Shown one piece after another: positions 25,122 to 36,634 of a stretch of 64,000 bases of DNA. A program made the position numbers and the translations under genes. The stretch is from contig NIVC01002632.1 in the NCBI GenBank assembly GCA_002269645.1, positions 62,001 to 126,000 of the forward strand. The letters are read 5' to 3'. This DNA is from Macrostomum lignano (taxonomy: Eukaryota). Every line of letters starts with the position of its first letter. The stretch's first letter is position 1. The notes under the pieces are model-generated. The model was not told the origin of the DNA. It ran no database searches and saw only the letters and a program-made list of their open reading frames with translations.

Positions 25122-25871
25122 ATGGCGATTGATCCGAAGCGAGGTCGACGGCAGCTGTGTCTAGTTCTAGTTTTCTTACTCGGCAGCATCTCACTGGCAC
25201 TGCTGACGGTTGCCTACGCCACCGAGAACTGGGTGGAAGCCTCTCCAGTACGGAACGTCAGCTGGGAGGTCAGTAATACTCTGAAAAATGTCAGCAACAG
25301 CCGACTGACTGGCTCGATTCGACTGGGCCTGTTTCGCGGACTGAAAACCCTTGACAATGGCTTGGGGCCTCGGGTTACTATCATTGACGTGTACACCGAA
25401 GTGCTGCAACGGCAGGCGTCATCGGCCTCAACAATTCCTGCTCCAGTTTGGACTGCGCTTGTCATACTAGGCGTTTTCTCCGGCGCCTGGGGCGTCGTTT
25501 CGTGTGGCTTCGCCTTGTTGAATATCAGCCGTCGGCCGGTGCTCGGACTCAGCGGTCCTGGCGGCCTCTACGTCTGGAACGGCGCTCAGCTGCTCTGCCA
25601 GTTCGCCGCCGCAATTGTCTTCGGCGCCGCGTTCAGCACCAGCCTGAGCAGCAGTGTGCTCAGCAGGGAGGACACGGCCGAGCTGAAGTGGACCAGCAAT
25701 GGACTGGCATGGCTCGGGTTCTCCTACTGGCTGCTGGTTGCCTGCTGCTTCTGCTCGACTGTCAATCTGCTGCTGCTGCTGCTGCTGGCGAACGCCAGGC
25801 TGGGGCCCTGCTGCCTGCCGGCCAGTGAAAGACGGGGCCGCGGTGAGGTGGACCTGTCTATTGTGTACTGA
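25122..25871 (+). CDS. CLRN: Clarin-family tetraspan membrane protein (249 aa, intronless)
   Basis: Four TM segments. Clarin-type motifs: W after TM1 (ATENWV), GLFRG, GPGGLYVWN, LGFSYWL and a C-terminal ...DLSIVY. Confidence 0.8.
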   Translation: MAIDPKRGRRQLCLVLVFLLGSISLALLTVAYATENWVEASPVRNVSWEVSNTLKNVSNSRLTGSIRLGLFRGLKTLDNGLGPRVTIIDVYTEVLQRQASSASTIPAPVWTALVILGVFSGAWGVVSCGFALLNISRRPVLGLSGPGGLYVWNGAQLLCQFAAAIVFGAAFSTSLSSSVLSREDTAELKWTSNGLAWLGFSYWLLVACCFCSTVNLLLLLLLANARLGPCCLPASERRGRGEVDLSIVY

Positions 25872-26024
25872 ATCTTTATTGTAGCCACAGCGTGAAAGCT
25901 TGTGAAACTTTATTGTAAATATAAATATTTTCTTGTTTTAACGCCCAGTTTTATAAAAAAATAAATTATTTATTCAAGTGCGGGCTGCATATTGATTTAG
26001 TCAACGCTCTGTCAATTGTACATG

Positions 26025-26795
26025 TATCTCCGACACTACATATCTCCGACACTTCATGTCTCCGATACTTCATGTCTTCGACACTTCATATCTTCGTCAC
26101 TTCATATCTCCGACACTTCATATCTCCGACACTTCATGTCTCCGACACTTCATATCTCCGGCACTTCATGTCTCCGACAGTTCATATCTCAGACACTTTA
26201 TATCTCAGACACTTCATATCTCCGACACTTCATATCTCCGACACTTCATATCTCCCCCGACACTTCATATCTCCGACACTTTATATCTCCGACACTTCAT
26301 ATCTCCGACACTTTATATCTCCGACACTTCATGTCTCCGGCACTTTATATCTCCGACACTTCATGTCTCCGGCACTTTATATCTCCGACACTTCATGTCT
26401 CAAACACTTCATATCTCCGACACTTCATATCTCCGACACTTTATATCTCCGACAGTTCATATCTCCGACACTTCATATCTCCGACACTTTATATCTCCGA
26501 CACTTTATATCTCCGACACTTCATATCTTCGTCACTTCATATCTCCGACACTTCATGTCTCCAACACTCCATGTCTACGACATTCAATCTCCGACATTTC
26601 AATCTCTGACATTTCAATCTCCGACACTTCATATCTCCGACACTTCAATCTCCGACACTTCAATCTCCGACACTTCATGTCTCCGACACTTCATATCTCC
26701 GACACTTCATATCTCCGACACTTCATATCTCCGACACTTCATATCTCCGACACTTCATATCTCCGACACTTCATATCTCCGACACTTCATATCTC
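26025..26795. repeat. 16-bp minisatellite (atatctccgacacttc)n
   Basis: More than 40 tandem units with variants (atgtctcc, acttta). Accounts for three overlapping repetitive ORFs. Confidence 0.97.
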
Positions 26796-27765
26796 TAAGT
26801 CTACCTAATTTCCAACAAATTACAGGATTCAGAGAACAGTAACAGTTGACGCCTGGTAACAATAATGTTCTCTTTCTACCGCGTACATTTCTTCTCGTTG
26901 TTTTCGTCTAGTACATGTACCCTGTATGTAAGTTAACTAAATTCTCAACTGGGTGTTGCTTTGGAGAGGACTGCCTGTCTGCGGGATCGGAGCGGCTTTA
27001 GAAGAAAGAAGCGGCATTTTATTCTTCATTCGTTCCTGCAAATTCTTTCCAAACAGTGCAAACTGCCAATTCAAGCTGTAAATCCGCGGCGGGGCGTTGG
27101 TTACAATGTTTGAGAAAAATTGCTTTCTTGGACTGTGCGATCAATGGAATGGAAAGAGAGAGAGAAAGAAGCACAGGAGCTAATCCAGCTGTGAGAAGCC
27201 ATGCAGCATACATTTAGAAGTAGTAGGAACGGCTGTTCAAGTATAGCTACTGGGGCGTTTCTGTAGCGCTCAAAGTTCTAGGGGTTAGAGCTGTGAAATG
27301 CTGCATGTGTGCACGTACGCTCGTACATGTACGAGTATTCAGACGGCTAAAGTATAGAGTGAGAAGCACACGTTTGTACTGTTTTTATAACAACTTATTG
27401 TAGGCTGTGTTTAATCCAGTATATTATTATGTTACGATTACTACTGCATAAGTACTATAGAAAGGCGACCTCAATATCGTTGGAGAAGTGTTGGAGAATT
27501 TAATTTTTCTATTTAAAATTTAAAAATGGTACGAGCCAATAGTTTAGAAAAATTCTGAATAATATTCTGTTCCTACTACTTATATTAGTTAGGCTATAAT
27601 CATTGCGACTTTGCGACCAATAGGCCACGTAAGCTACAAAAAACTGGGAGTGGGACCATCTATTTAAATCTTCTGCAAAAAAGGAACCCAGGTTCTGGTT
27701 TGTTTTAGAGGTACTCGACCAAGCAGATAACAGTTTTCACAGTCAAAGTAATCCTCAGGACGGAC

Positions 27766-28011
<246 letters not shown>

Positions 28012-28013
28012 GC

Positions 28014-29762
28014 TCAGCACAGTCCCGGCACCAGCTGCACCACCACCCGGCCCTGCTGGCTGCCGCTGTTGCCGCCGGTGACGCCGCTGCAGTTGAAGCC
28101 GTCGCAGGCGGAGCCGCCGCCTCCTCCAGCGTGATTCAGACCGAGACCCGCGCCACCTCCGCTGAAGCCGCCGCCAGCACCGCCCGCGCCTTTTTTGCCG
28201 TTGCTGCCGCCGGCGCCACCGCCTCCGCCGAAGCCGCCGACGCCGGTGTTTCCAGAGCCGGCGAGGCCGCCAGTCCAGCCTTCAGCGGGACCAGCTCCGC
28301 CGTCTCCGTCACCGGGGCTGAGCCGCGCATTTTCCGGCCCGCCCAGCCAGCCGGCGGCGCAGCCTCCGTGGTGGCTGTTTCCTGGGGTCCTGCTGGGGTC
28401 GTTGAAGCCCGGGCCGCCATTGGCGCCGCCGAAGCCGCCGTTGTTGAAGCCGGACGCGGAGTTTGTGCCGTTGACGCCCGCCTGGCCGGGAGCGCCTGGA
28501 GATGCAAGACGGAGAATGGCCTTGAAACTTTTATTAACGCACGAAGTGTTTTCCGTGCAAAGTTACTGAGCACAGCTCCAAAGCTTTCACTTGCCGCTTC
28601 TTGACAAAGACGCCCCGCCGCCGCCTCCCGCGGCGACCAGAAGGCGACCGCCGACGCCGCCGACGAACACGAAGCTGCCGCCGCCGCCGCCGCCTGCTCC
28701 GCAGTTGCGGTCGACGGCCAGTCCGCCGGCCTGACCGACCACAATCGACAGCCGGACGCCGGCAGTCAGGTTGAAGCGGCCCGACATCGAGGCTCCGCTG
28801 CCGCCAGCTGTGCCTGCGAAGCTGTTGGAGCCGCCTGCAGCGCCCCGGGCCTCGATTCGGTAGCAGCCGGTCAGCTCGACTGTCAGCTGCTGGATGGAGC
28901 CGTTGCGGCCCGAGCTCGAGTCTGTGAGTCAGTGAGGGTCAGCGGCGTCAGCTGAGTTGCTGTGAGAATGAGCTGGCATGAGAATGAGCTGGCATGAGAA
29001 TGAGCTGGCATGAGAATGAGCTGGCATGAGAATGAGCTGGCATGAGAATAAGCTGGCATGAGAATGAGCTGGCATGAGAATGAGCTGGCATGAGAATGAG
29101 CTGGCATGAGAATGAGCTGGCATGAGAATGAGCTGGCATGAGAATGAGCTGGCATGAGAATGAGCTGGCATGAGAATGAGCTGGCATGAGAATGAGCTGG
29201 CATGAGAATGAGCTGGCATGAGAATGAGCTGGCATGAGAATGAGCTGGCATGAGAATGAGCTGGCATGAGAATGAGAACTTGGGACTGGTCTCACTTGAG
29301 AACTCGTGCGTGATGTTGAGCCTCCTCGACTCGATGATGCTGTCGATGTCGACCGCCTTCCACACCTCGGCGCCGGCCTCGGATCCCAGCGACCTCCACG
29401 CGTGACTGCGCGGCGGTCCAGCAGTCCGCGAGGCGTCCTCGACGAAGAGCAGCTGGCAGACGCGGCTGGCCCGCAGCAGGCTGACTGCCGCACAGCGCCT
29501 CGACCAGCAGCTGAGCAGGCAGTCTTGGATGGAGGCTGAGCTGGGCTCGCTGATGATGAGGCTGCTGACGGTCGGATCGAGCAGGACTGGGCCGGAGGAG
29601 TTGATGAAGCTGCTGCAGCTGGCGAGCGCCTGTGCGAAGGAGGCTGGGACTAGTAAGGCGGGTTTGGGATGAGCGGCTGCGTGAGGGAAGCTGGGACTGG
29701 CGGAGCGGGTTTGAAAGCTCACCTGAGATGATAATAAAACCAATGACCGCAGATTCCAGCAT
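28014..29762 (-). CDS. Secreted PAN/Apple + ALK/LTK-like glycine-rich-domain protein, paralog 2 (about 400 aa)
   Basis: Exons 29762-29723, 29649-29296, 28921-28595 and 28495-28014. Spliced N-terminus MLESAVIGFIIISVPASFAQALASC is signal-like. PAN-like SIQDCLLSCWSRRCAAVSLLRASRVCQL. GRD TGCYRIEARGAAGG...LSIVVGQAG...GGGGGSFV...LLVAAGGGGG...GGFGGGGG...GAGGGFSGG. Same intron positions as paralog 1. The last intron needs a GC donor. Confidence 0.85.
28963..29279. repeat. 16-bp intronic minisatellite (gagaatgagctggcat)n
   Basis: About 19 near-perfect units filling the intron between the PAN and GRD exons. Confidence 0.97.
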
Positions 29763-30290
29763 TGCTTCAGAATTAGTTAATCTTTTTCTGCCTACGAAAT
29801 TGCAACTCTAAAATATGCTCTCTCGGGCTTGTTGTTTCCAAATCCTTCACGTCAACCAAAAGCAGATGTATGAACTGAGAGTGATGGCTTTTATGCACTT
29901 CGCTATTTCGGCTCGTAATGAGGTTGTGAAGAAAATTTGATGAGATGGATACGGCTGCAGACATTGTTTGATGGGAGAGATGAGTTCACACGCAGCTGCA
30001 GTGTCAGATGAGTGATATGACATGCACCTGTCGATTTTGCATTGCCTCACTCTTGTGATTCTTTATCATTTTTTGTCGTAAAATTGCAGTATTGAAGAAA
30101 GAAGCTAGGTATAGACCTTGTAAAGTTCAATGCAATTACAATTAGAACACCAACCCCATCCTCCCGTTCCCACACCCCAATCCCAAACCTCCAGCAGTCC
30201 CCATCCTCAGAGTCCTATCCTAATTCTTATTATCTCATCACATCTTCCTATAGCTGCTTATCCTCATCATAGATAAAGTTTTGCGAAATT

Positions 30291-31618
30291 TCAATACCAA
30301 TAAATGAAAATAAAAAAGAACCTTATATGGCTACTTGTGTCCTGCAAATAGCGATGAAATTCACTCCAAGTCCAAGAGCTCTTATCAATAGAAGGCGCTG
30401 TGTTGAAGAGGGCCGAATTGTGGGGCGCCGTCTTGGGGGGACACTTTGTTGTGGATGTGCTCGCATTGGCATTTCCACCCGCCCTATGAAGTATGATCAG
30501 ACCAGGCCTACGAGCTAAAAGGTCTGCGATCCTACACACCCGCACCCCCTCAATTCTGGTGCAGGAATGGCAAGAGAACTCTCTCCAAGCTGACTCACAA
30601 GCCGACTCAGGGGTTCACGTCCCACATGTGATCAAGGCAGCTCTAGGGCTGCTGGACTGCCTCGGCTGCGGCGGCGGCAGCCCATCCGTGGCCTCAGAGC
30701 TTCTGTCTTGAGACGTATTGGGTTTAGCCTGGAAGTGCACCTGTGCGTATCAGGTGCCTCTGCTCTGAGGAACAAGCATCACCCTCTCTGACCTAACAGG
30801 GGTATGCGGCCAGACCGCAGGCTCCGGAGACCGCCTTCCTGTCTCTTTCAAGGTAAGATCCCAAATATCCCTGTTAGTTTTGACCGTTTTCATGACCCTC
30901 AAAACGCTAGAGCAGCCATATTAGATCATGTCTACCCTCCTAAAAGCTTGGCACAGACCGGACCTGTCTAACCTCTCTGTGTCATTCAATCCAATCATTC
31001 AATCGACACGGTTGGTGCTTAACCGCTTAGGCACCCCCAACAAGGTGCCCGTAACGTGGATCCCCGGGCACTCGCGGGCCAACCCAGGCTGGCGCTTGAC
31101 TGGATCTTTTACTGCCCCACCCCCTCGCCGTTGTCACCACTTGGATCAACCAGTGGGTGGCATTAAAGCACAGGGAGAGGTGGGCTAACGCTCCCGACTG
31201 CCGGCAATCCCGCGCGACTGTCCCCTGTCCAGCTTCCCCCGCCCTCTGCAGGGCCCTGCTTGGGCTCAACCACAAGGACATCAGAGCGGAGACCATGGCC
31301 CTCTAGGGTCACGGCTGTTTTGTCAGGCATCGTCACTTCCAGGGATAAATTAACAATGAGGAATGCAGATTCTGCCTCTTTGGCGTTAAGAATGCGAAGC
31401 ACTTCATCTGTGAATGCCCCGCCTTTACTCAGGATACTGGATAGCCTCACCTACCTCGGCCCCAACCCGGATCTTCCTAACAACGTTCTCAGGCCCTCTT
31501 GTGTCTCTTTTTCAGCAACCTTTTCTGTAATCGCCTCTCGCCTCGCTTGTCTGTCATCTCTCTCATGTCTCTCTTCTCTTCCATAAAATGATCCGCTGTC
31601 ATTTGCTAAATTTTTCAT
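30291..31618 (-). pseudogene. Decayed retroelement-like reading frame (possible LINE remnant)
   Basis: The minus strand gives protein-like stretches broken by stops (MKNLANDSGSFYGREERHERDDRQARRE...*VRLSSILSKGG; RIEGVRVCRIADLLARRPGLIILHRAGG, loosely SGNH/ORF1-esterase-like). The plus strand at 30988-31074 reads LNRLGTPNKVPVTWIPGHS, like a non-LTR RNase H motif. Classification is tentative. Confidence 0.35.
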
Positions 31619-32068
31619 CTGGTCCGTGAGATAAAAAAGTTTGCCGACCTCTCTGGTTTAAACTTTAAAGACTGGGGCAAGAATTAGGGGGAGCTGTACA
31701 CTAAAATTGGCTAAGTAACCCCCACCCACCCCAACTGCGCGTACATTTGGGGGGGGGGTCGGGTGGGGTAGGGTTTCGAGAACGCCCCAACACACAGATA
31801 AGAATTGGGGCTATTGCCAATCGGGGGTTGACCGATGATTCATTCATAGCAGAGAGAGAGAGAGAGAGAGGAATGAGAGAGAAAGAGAGAACCGAATGGC
31901 CTGTGCGGAACACTTTGTAAATTAGAAAAGGTAAATATAGACTTAGAGCTTTATAAAACAGGCGGCAGGGCCACGACCCACGAGACGGGACACTCTTGCT
32001 AACTAATAGCAAAGATTAAAAGCGAGATTTTTGTTCATATATTTGAACTCGCCATCGGCCGATCCAAA

Positions 32069-35000
32069 ATGGCAAACTCTTGCACCGGACTGCTTTCGTG
32101 AGTTTAAAAATCGAAATAATATAATAAATGTATCCAAATAATATTTTTAGTGCTATTTATACGTGTGCAAAGATTATTAATTAAAGTAAATATTAAATAA
32201 TCTCACTCAATATTATCTAGCTTAAGTGCATCTGCGCTGATCGTACTCCTAATAGTCATGGAACACTTGACTAGGGATTCAATGGCCAGCGCTATGGCGG
32301 TAACTAAGGGCAACGAGGAGACGTTCGAATATTTTATGTTTAGCCAAGAGTGGCCGTACACTTTCTGCACTGAGAATGAGCCGAGTGTAAGTCATGGGCT
32401 CTGATTTGTCCTCTGCCTCTGTCATTTATCCTCTACCTCTTTTCATTTGTCCTCTGCCTCTGTCATTTATCCTCTACCTCTTTTCATTTGTCCTCTGCCT
32501 CTTGTCATTTGTCCTCTGCCTCTTTTCATTTGTCCTCTGCCTCTGTCATTTGTCCTCTGCCTTTTGTCATTTGTCCTCTGCCTCTTTTCATTTGTCCTCT
32601 GCCTCTGTCATTTATCCTCTGCCTCTTTTCATTTGTCCTCTGCCTCTGTCATTTATCCTCTGCCTCTTTTCATTTGTCCTCTGCCTCTGTCATTTATCCT
32701 CTACCCCTACCTCTTTTCATTTGTCCTCTGCCTCTGTCATTTATCCTCTACCTCTTTTCATTTGTCTTCTGCCTCTGTCATTTATCCTCTACCTCTTTTC
32801 ATTTGTCCTCTGCCTCTGTCATTTATCCTCTACCCCTACCTCTTTTCATTTGTCCTCTGCCTCTGTCATTTATCCTCTACCTCTTTTCATTTGTCCTCTG
32901 CCTCTGTCATTTATCCTCTACCTCTTTCATTTGTCCTCTGCCTCTGTCATTTATCCTCTGCCTCTTTTCATTTGTCCTCTGCCTCTGTCATTTATCTTCT
33001 ACCTCTTTCATTTGTCCTATGCCTCTTGTCATTTATCCTCTACCTCTTTTCATTTGTCTTCTACCTGGGTGACAGCCCAGGTTCGTACAGAAAGAAATGT
33101 TCGGACAATACTACAATAATAAACAATATTATCTGCTTACATTTTAGTGCAACAACACAGATAAACTTGTGCCAATTTTTAACATTCACGGACTTTGGTA
33201 TGTTTATAAAATAATCCTAACAATTACCAATTGGACTAGCCTAATACTTAAAAACTGATTGGATTAAATGGTGATTAATATTCACTTTCAGGCCTGAGAA
33301 GGTCAAAGGAGATTGTCAGGGAGAATTCAACTATTCCCAACTGAAGGTACACTTAGCAAGACTTAGGTAGATTTAAACAAAAAATCAAACCATTAATTAA
33401 TATTCATTCGATCTATGCATGCTTTGATTTTGCAGCCAGTGGAATCCCAACTCAGAAAGTATTGGATGGATCTATTAAATCCACGAGGAAATCCTAAGGA
33501 TTTCTGGTAAGTTACACCGGATTCTGGAATAATAGAATTGCAATTAATTGCAATTAGTTTAATGTGGGTGTTGGATGCAGGGTGATTGGAGACAATGGGG
33601 TTAAGAGAGTGAATGTGGTTGAGAGTGAATGTGGTTGAGAGTGAATGTGGTTGAGAGGGTGAATGTGGGTGAATAGCTTAACTGTGAAACAGGCGCTTGA
33701 CCCAGTTAGTGCAATGCAAGTTGCCTGCATAAAATTAGGGGGGGGGTGTCTGAGAATCTCCCAAATATTCAAGCCGAAATTTTGCAAGCACAAATTGTGC
33801 CTCCACATTTGCAGGAACCATGAGTACACCAAGAACGGCAGGTGCGCCAGCGTTGACTCCAGATTTAATAGCACACTGAAGTACTTCCAGTCTGCCCTCT
33901 CCATCTATCTGAAGTACAATGTGACTCAGTGAGTGGAGATGGGCTGAGACTTTACAGTTGATAAAACTAATGAGGCTGGCATGTAAGGTTAGATATTGAA
34001 AAGACGGCATTTAGAGTGACGGACATTACAAGAGATTGGTATTTGGAGAGATGGATGGACATTACAGAGGACTGGCATTTAGAGAGATGGACATTACAAG
34101 AGATTGGCATTTAGAGAGATGGACATTACAGGGGACTGGTATTTAGAGAGATGGACATTACAGGGGACTGGCATTTAGAGGATGGACATTACAAGACTGG
34201 CATTTAGAGAGATGGACATTACAGGGGACTGGTATTTAGAGAGATGGACATTACAGGGGACTGGCATTTAGAGGATGGACATTACAAGACTGGAATTTAG
34301 ATAGCTACTGATAATAAAATGAGAATTACAAATTTGCATTCATTTACAAATTTTCGTTAACAATTACATGTAGTTACTCAATATTATTTAACATCAATTT
34401 TAGATTTCTAAAGAGTGCCGGCATAGTCCCTGGATCGACATCTTATAAGGTACGAAAAATGCCATTTATGTTGAATTATTTGTTGCGCTATTTGTTGCGC
34501 AGGGCACGGTGTAAAAATTTTTTAATATAATCCCCAATAAAAATTTCAGGCCTCAAAAATAGTTGAAGCCGTCAATAGCGCCTTTGGTTACAAGCCAGAA
34601 ATTGATTGCTTTGCACCTGGAAAAAAGCACGTGAGTAAGAAGCACGTGAGCAGAACACATGCCGAGATGAACTGTCATGACTCAGGAATAATTCATTTAC
34701 AGTTGACAGTTTTCAAATTTCGATTTTCGATTTAGCCGATGCAAATCTTTAGGCGCTTTTAGGCGCTATACTATACACGAGACTACGAGAGAGGCGCCAT
34801 ACTGAGCAAACTGAGGGCGGTGAGGACCTTTTAAGTCCAATTAATCAACCCAGTCATACATGCTCAACTTTGAAATTTCACCCGGCCGTGCGACGTACTC
34901 GTACCTATGAAAGAAACCCTAGAGCAAAAAATTACGTATTTTTGGGTAGACGGCAGGAGTAACGGTAACTGTACTATTACGGTAACATGCCTCGTCATCT

Positions 35001-35539
35001 AATTAGTAATACGTCTATTTTTCGGTTGTGCGTTTTTTCGACTTACCTTGGCCAGACCTCCGAGAAAAGATGTATGAACCGATTGCAGAGAAAACTCGGT
35101 TTGTTATCCAGGAGACCTTTCTGGACCAGCCTCTACATGTACGAGTAGTCTCCTGGACAGCTGTACTCGTAATTCGACCTTGAACTGTTATGTTATTTTT
35201 CAGGGCGAGAAATCGAAACCAGCCTACTTGGCAGAGCTCCGCATCTGCTTTTCAAAGGACCTCACACCCAGAGAATGCGAATCGTCCGGCAGAGAGGTGC
35301 CGCAGCCTCGGCACAGTGCTCACACCCTCTACTACGATCCCGAACTTCCCCGATCCTTCCACCGTGAAGCTGAAGCGAACGTTTACAGTCCGATAAAAAT
35401 GTCCAGAAGTGTGAAAAATCTGATCGCGTCCTGGATTGAGACTGAGAGACCAACTGCAGTTAGCGAGAGAAAGCGTATTTGGACTTCTCCGTGCAAAGAT
35501 GATGAAGACGTCCAGCTGCCGGAAAAGCTCAATTACTGA
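32069..35539 (+). CDS. RNASET2: Ribonuclease T2 family protein, secreted/lysosomal type, 9 exons (about 315 aa), CAS II His replaced by Asn
   Basis: Exons 32069-32097, 32221-32386, 33148-33197, 33292-33346, 33436-33506, 33815-33928, 34404-34449, 34550-34630 and 35204-35539. All are GT-AG and total 948 nt in frame. Motifs FEYFMFSQEWPYTFC, CAS I FNIHGLWP, CAS II FWNHEYTKNGRC, AGIVP, PEIDC and ELRICFSKDL. Confidence 0.92.
32400..33065. repeat. Pyrimidine-rich intronic minisatellite (alternating subunits of about 20-21 bp)
   Basis: ttatcctctrcctcttttcat alternates with ttgtcctctgcctctgtcat in RNase T2 intron 2. Confidence 0.95.
33995..34300. repeat. Intronic minisatellite of about 32 bp
   Basis: gatggacattacaggggactggcatttagaga, about 9 copies, in RNase T2 intron 6. 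Confidence 0.93.
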
Positions 35540-36434
35540 GTTGAAATCGTCTTAGTTACGTGTCATTTATAATAATTTTATATTTCTAGGAAAAACAATA
35601 TATAATATATAAATTATATATATTATAATATGTTATATTATATATTATATATATTTCTAGGAAATTAACCTAAAGATTACACGATCTTTGAGTTTTACGT
35701 ACTGTTATACTACAGTGGTCCTTGGTCGCTCACTTAGTTTGGAGTGAAAGCCACAATGATGGCAAGGGGTCACGCCCCCAATAAACTGTTGCCAATTTTA
35801 GCAGTTTCCCAACAACTGGATGAGAATTACAACTGTGCTACTTCTAACTTAACATCAGTAGTAAAAGAAGAATTTCTTTCCTCAATATTAATTAACCTCA
35901 ATAAAATACATTATCATAAGACAGGACCGAGTTTTTTTTACACAAGAACAGCTCCTAAGATCATGATTTTTTTCTTAATTTTCTGATTTCGGTGTGAAGG
36001 GTAAATAGTTCCGTTGGAAGAAAAATTATCATAGTGGTGTTTTCAAATGCGTATTGCGTGATTGTACAATAATTAATTCAAACAACTGATTTGTAATTTA
36101 TTGCGGTTTTTAAATAATAAATGTCCTGTTTAATTGTGTGCCACTTTCCTATGTACATACATTATTATTATTACTAAGTGATTAACATTGAAAAACAGAT
36201 AATAAACTTACAAATTTGAAATTCCTTATATTATCATTATAATCAAATATTTAAACTCGTGGAATCGAAAGTTTGTTTATTTTAATTTTGTTTTAACGAT
36301 ACAACTCTAAAAAGAATTAACAGATTTACAATTTTACAACGTTAACAGCAAGTCAATGCAAAAACTTATGTTATGCTACCAGGTAGCTGTAGCTAAAAAT
36401 ATAGCTAGGTCTAATATTACAAAACTGCGAATTA

Positions 36435-36624
36435 GTCACGTGACGCACTTGATCACGTGACAATTCATTTTACACGCGGAAACAATATAATTTATTTAGT
36501 CACGTGAAAAAAATTTATCAACAGTCGCAAATCACGTGACTAGGCACTTGCACCACACGTACTCAAGATGAAAAAATTTAAACAAAATTTTATATAATTA
36601 AGCCTGGTGCCTGAGGTCACGTGA
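36435..36624. promoter_or_regulatory. Cluster of five TCACGTGA E-box/CLEAR-like palindromes
   Basis: GTCACGTGAC at 36435, TCACGTGAC at 36453, GTCACGTGA at 36499, TCACGTGAC at 36532 and GTCACGTGA at 36616. Regulatory function is inferred only. Confidence 0.45.
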
Positions 36625-36634
36625 TGCTGCTCAA

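Noticed and set aside
26016-26842. Repetitive ORFs over minisatellites (also 32394..33214, 42614..43172, 43366..43896, 44674..45013 and 61006..61683)
   Set aside because: They lie in tandem arrays, mostly inside introns defined by flanking exons, and are open in several frames at once.
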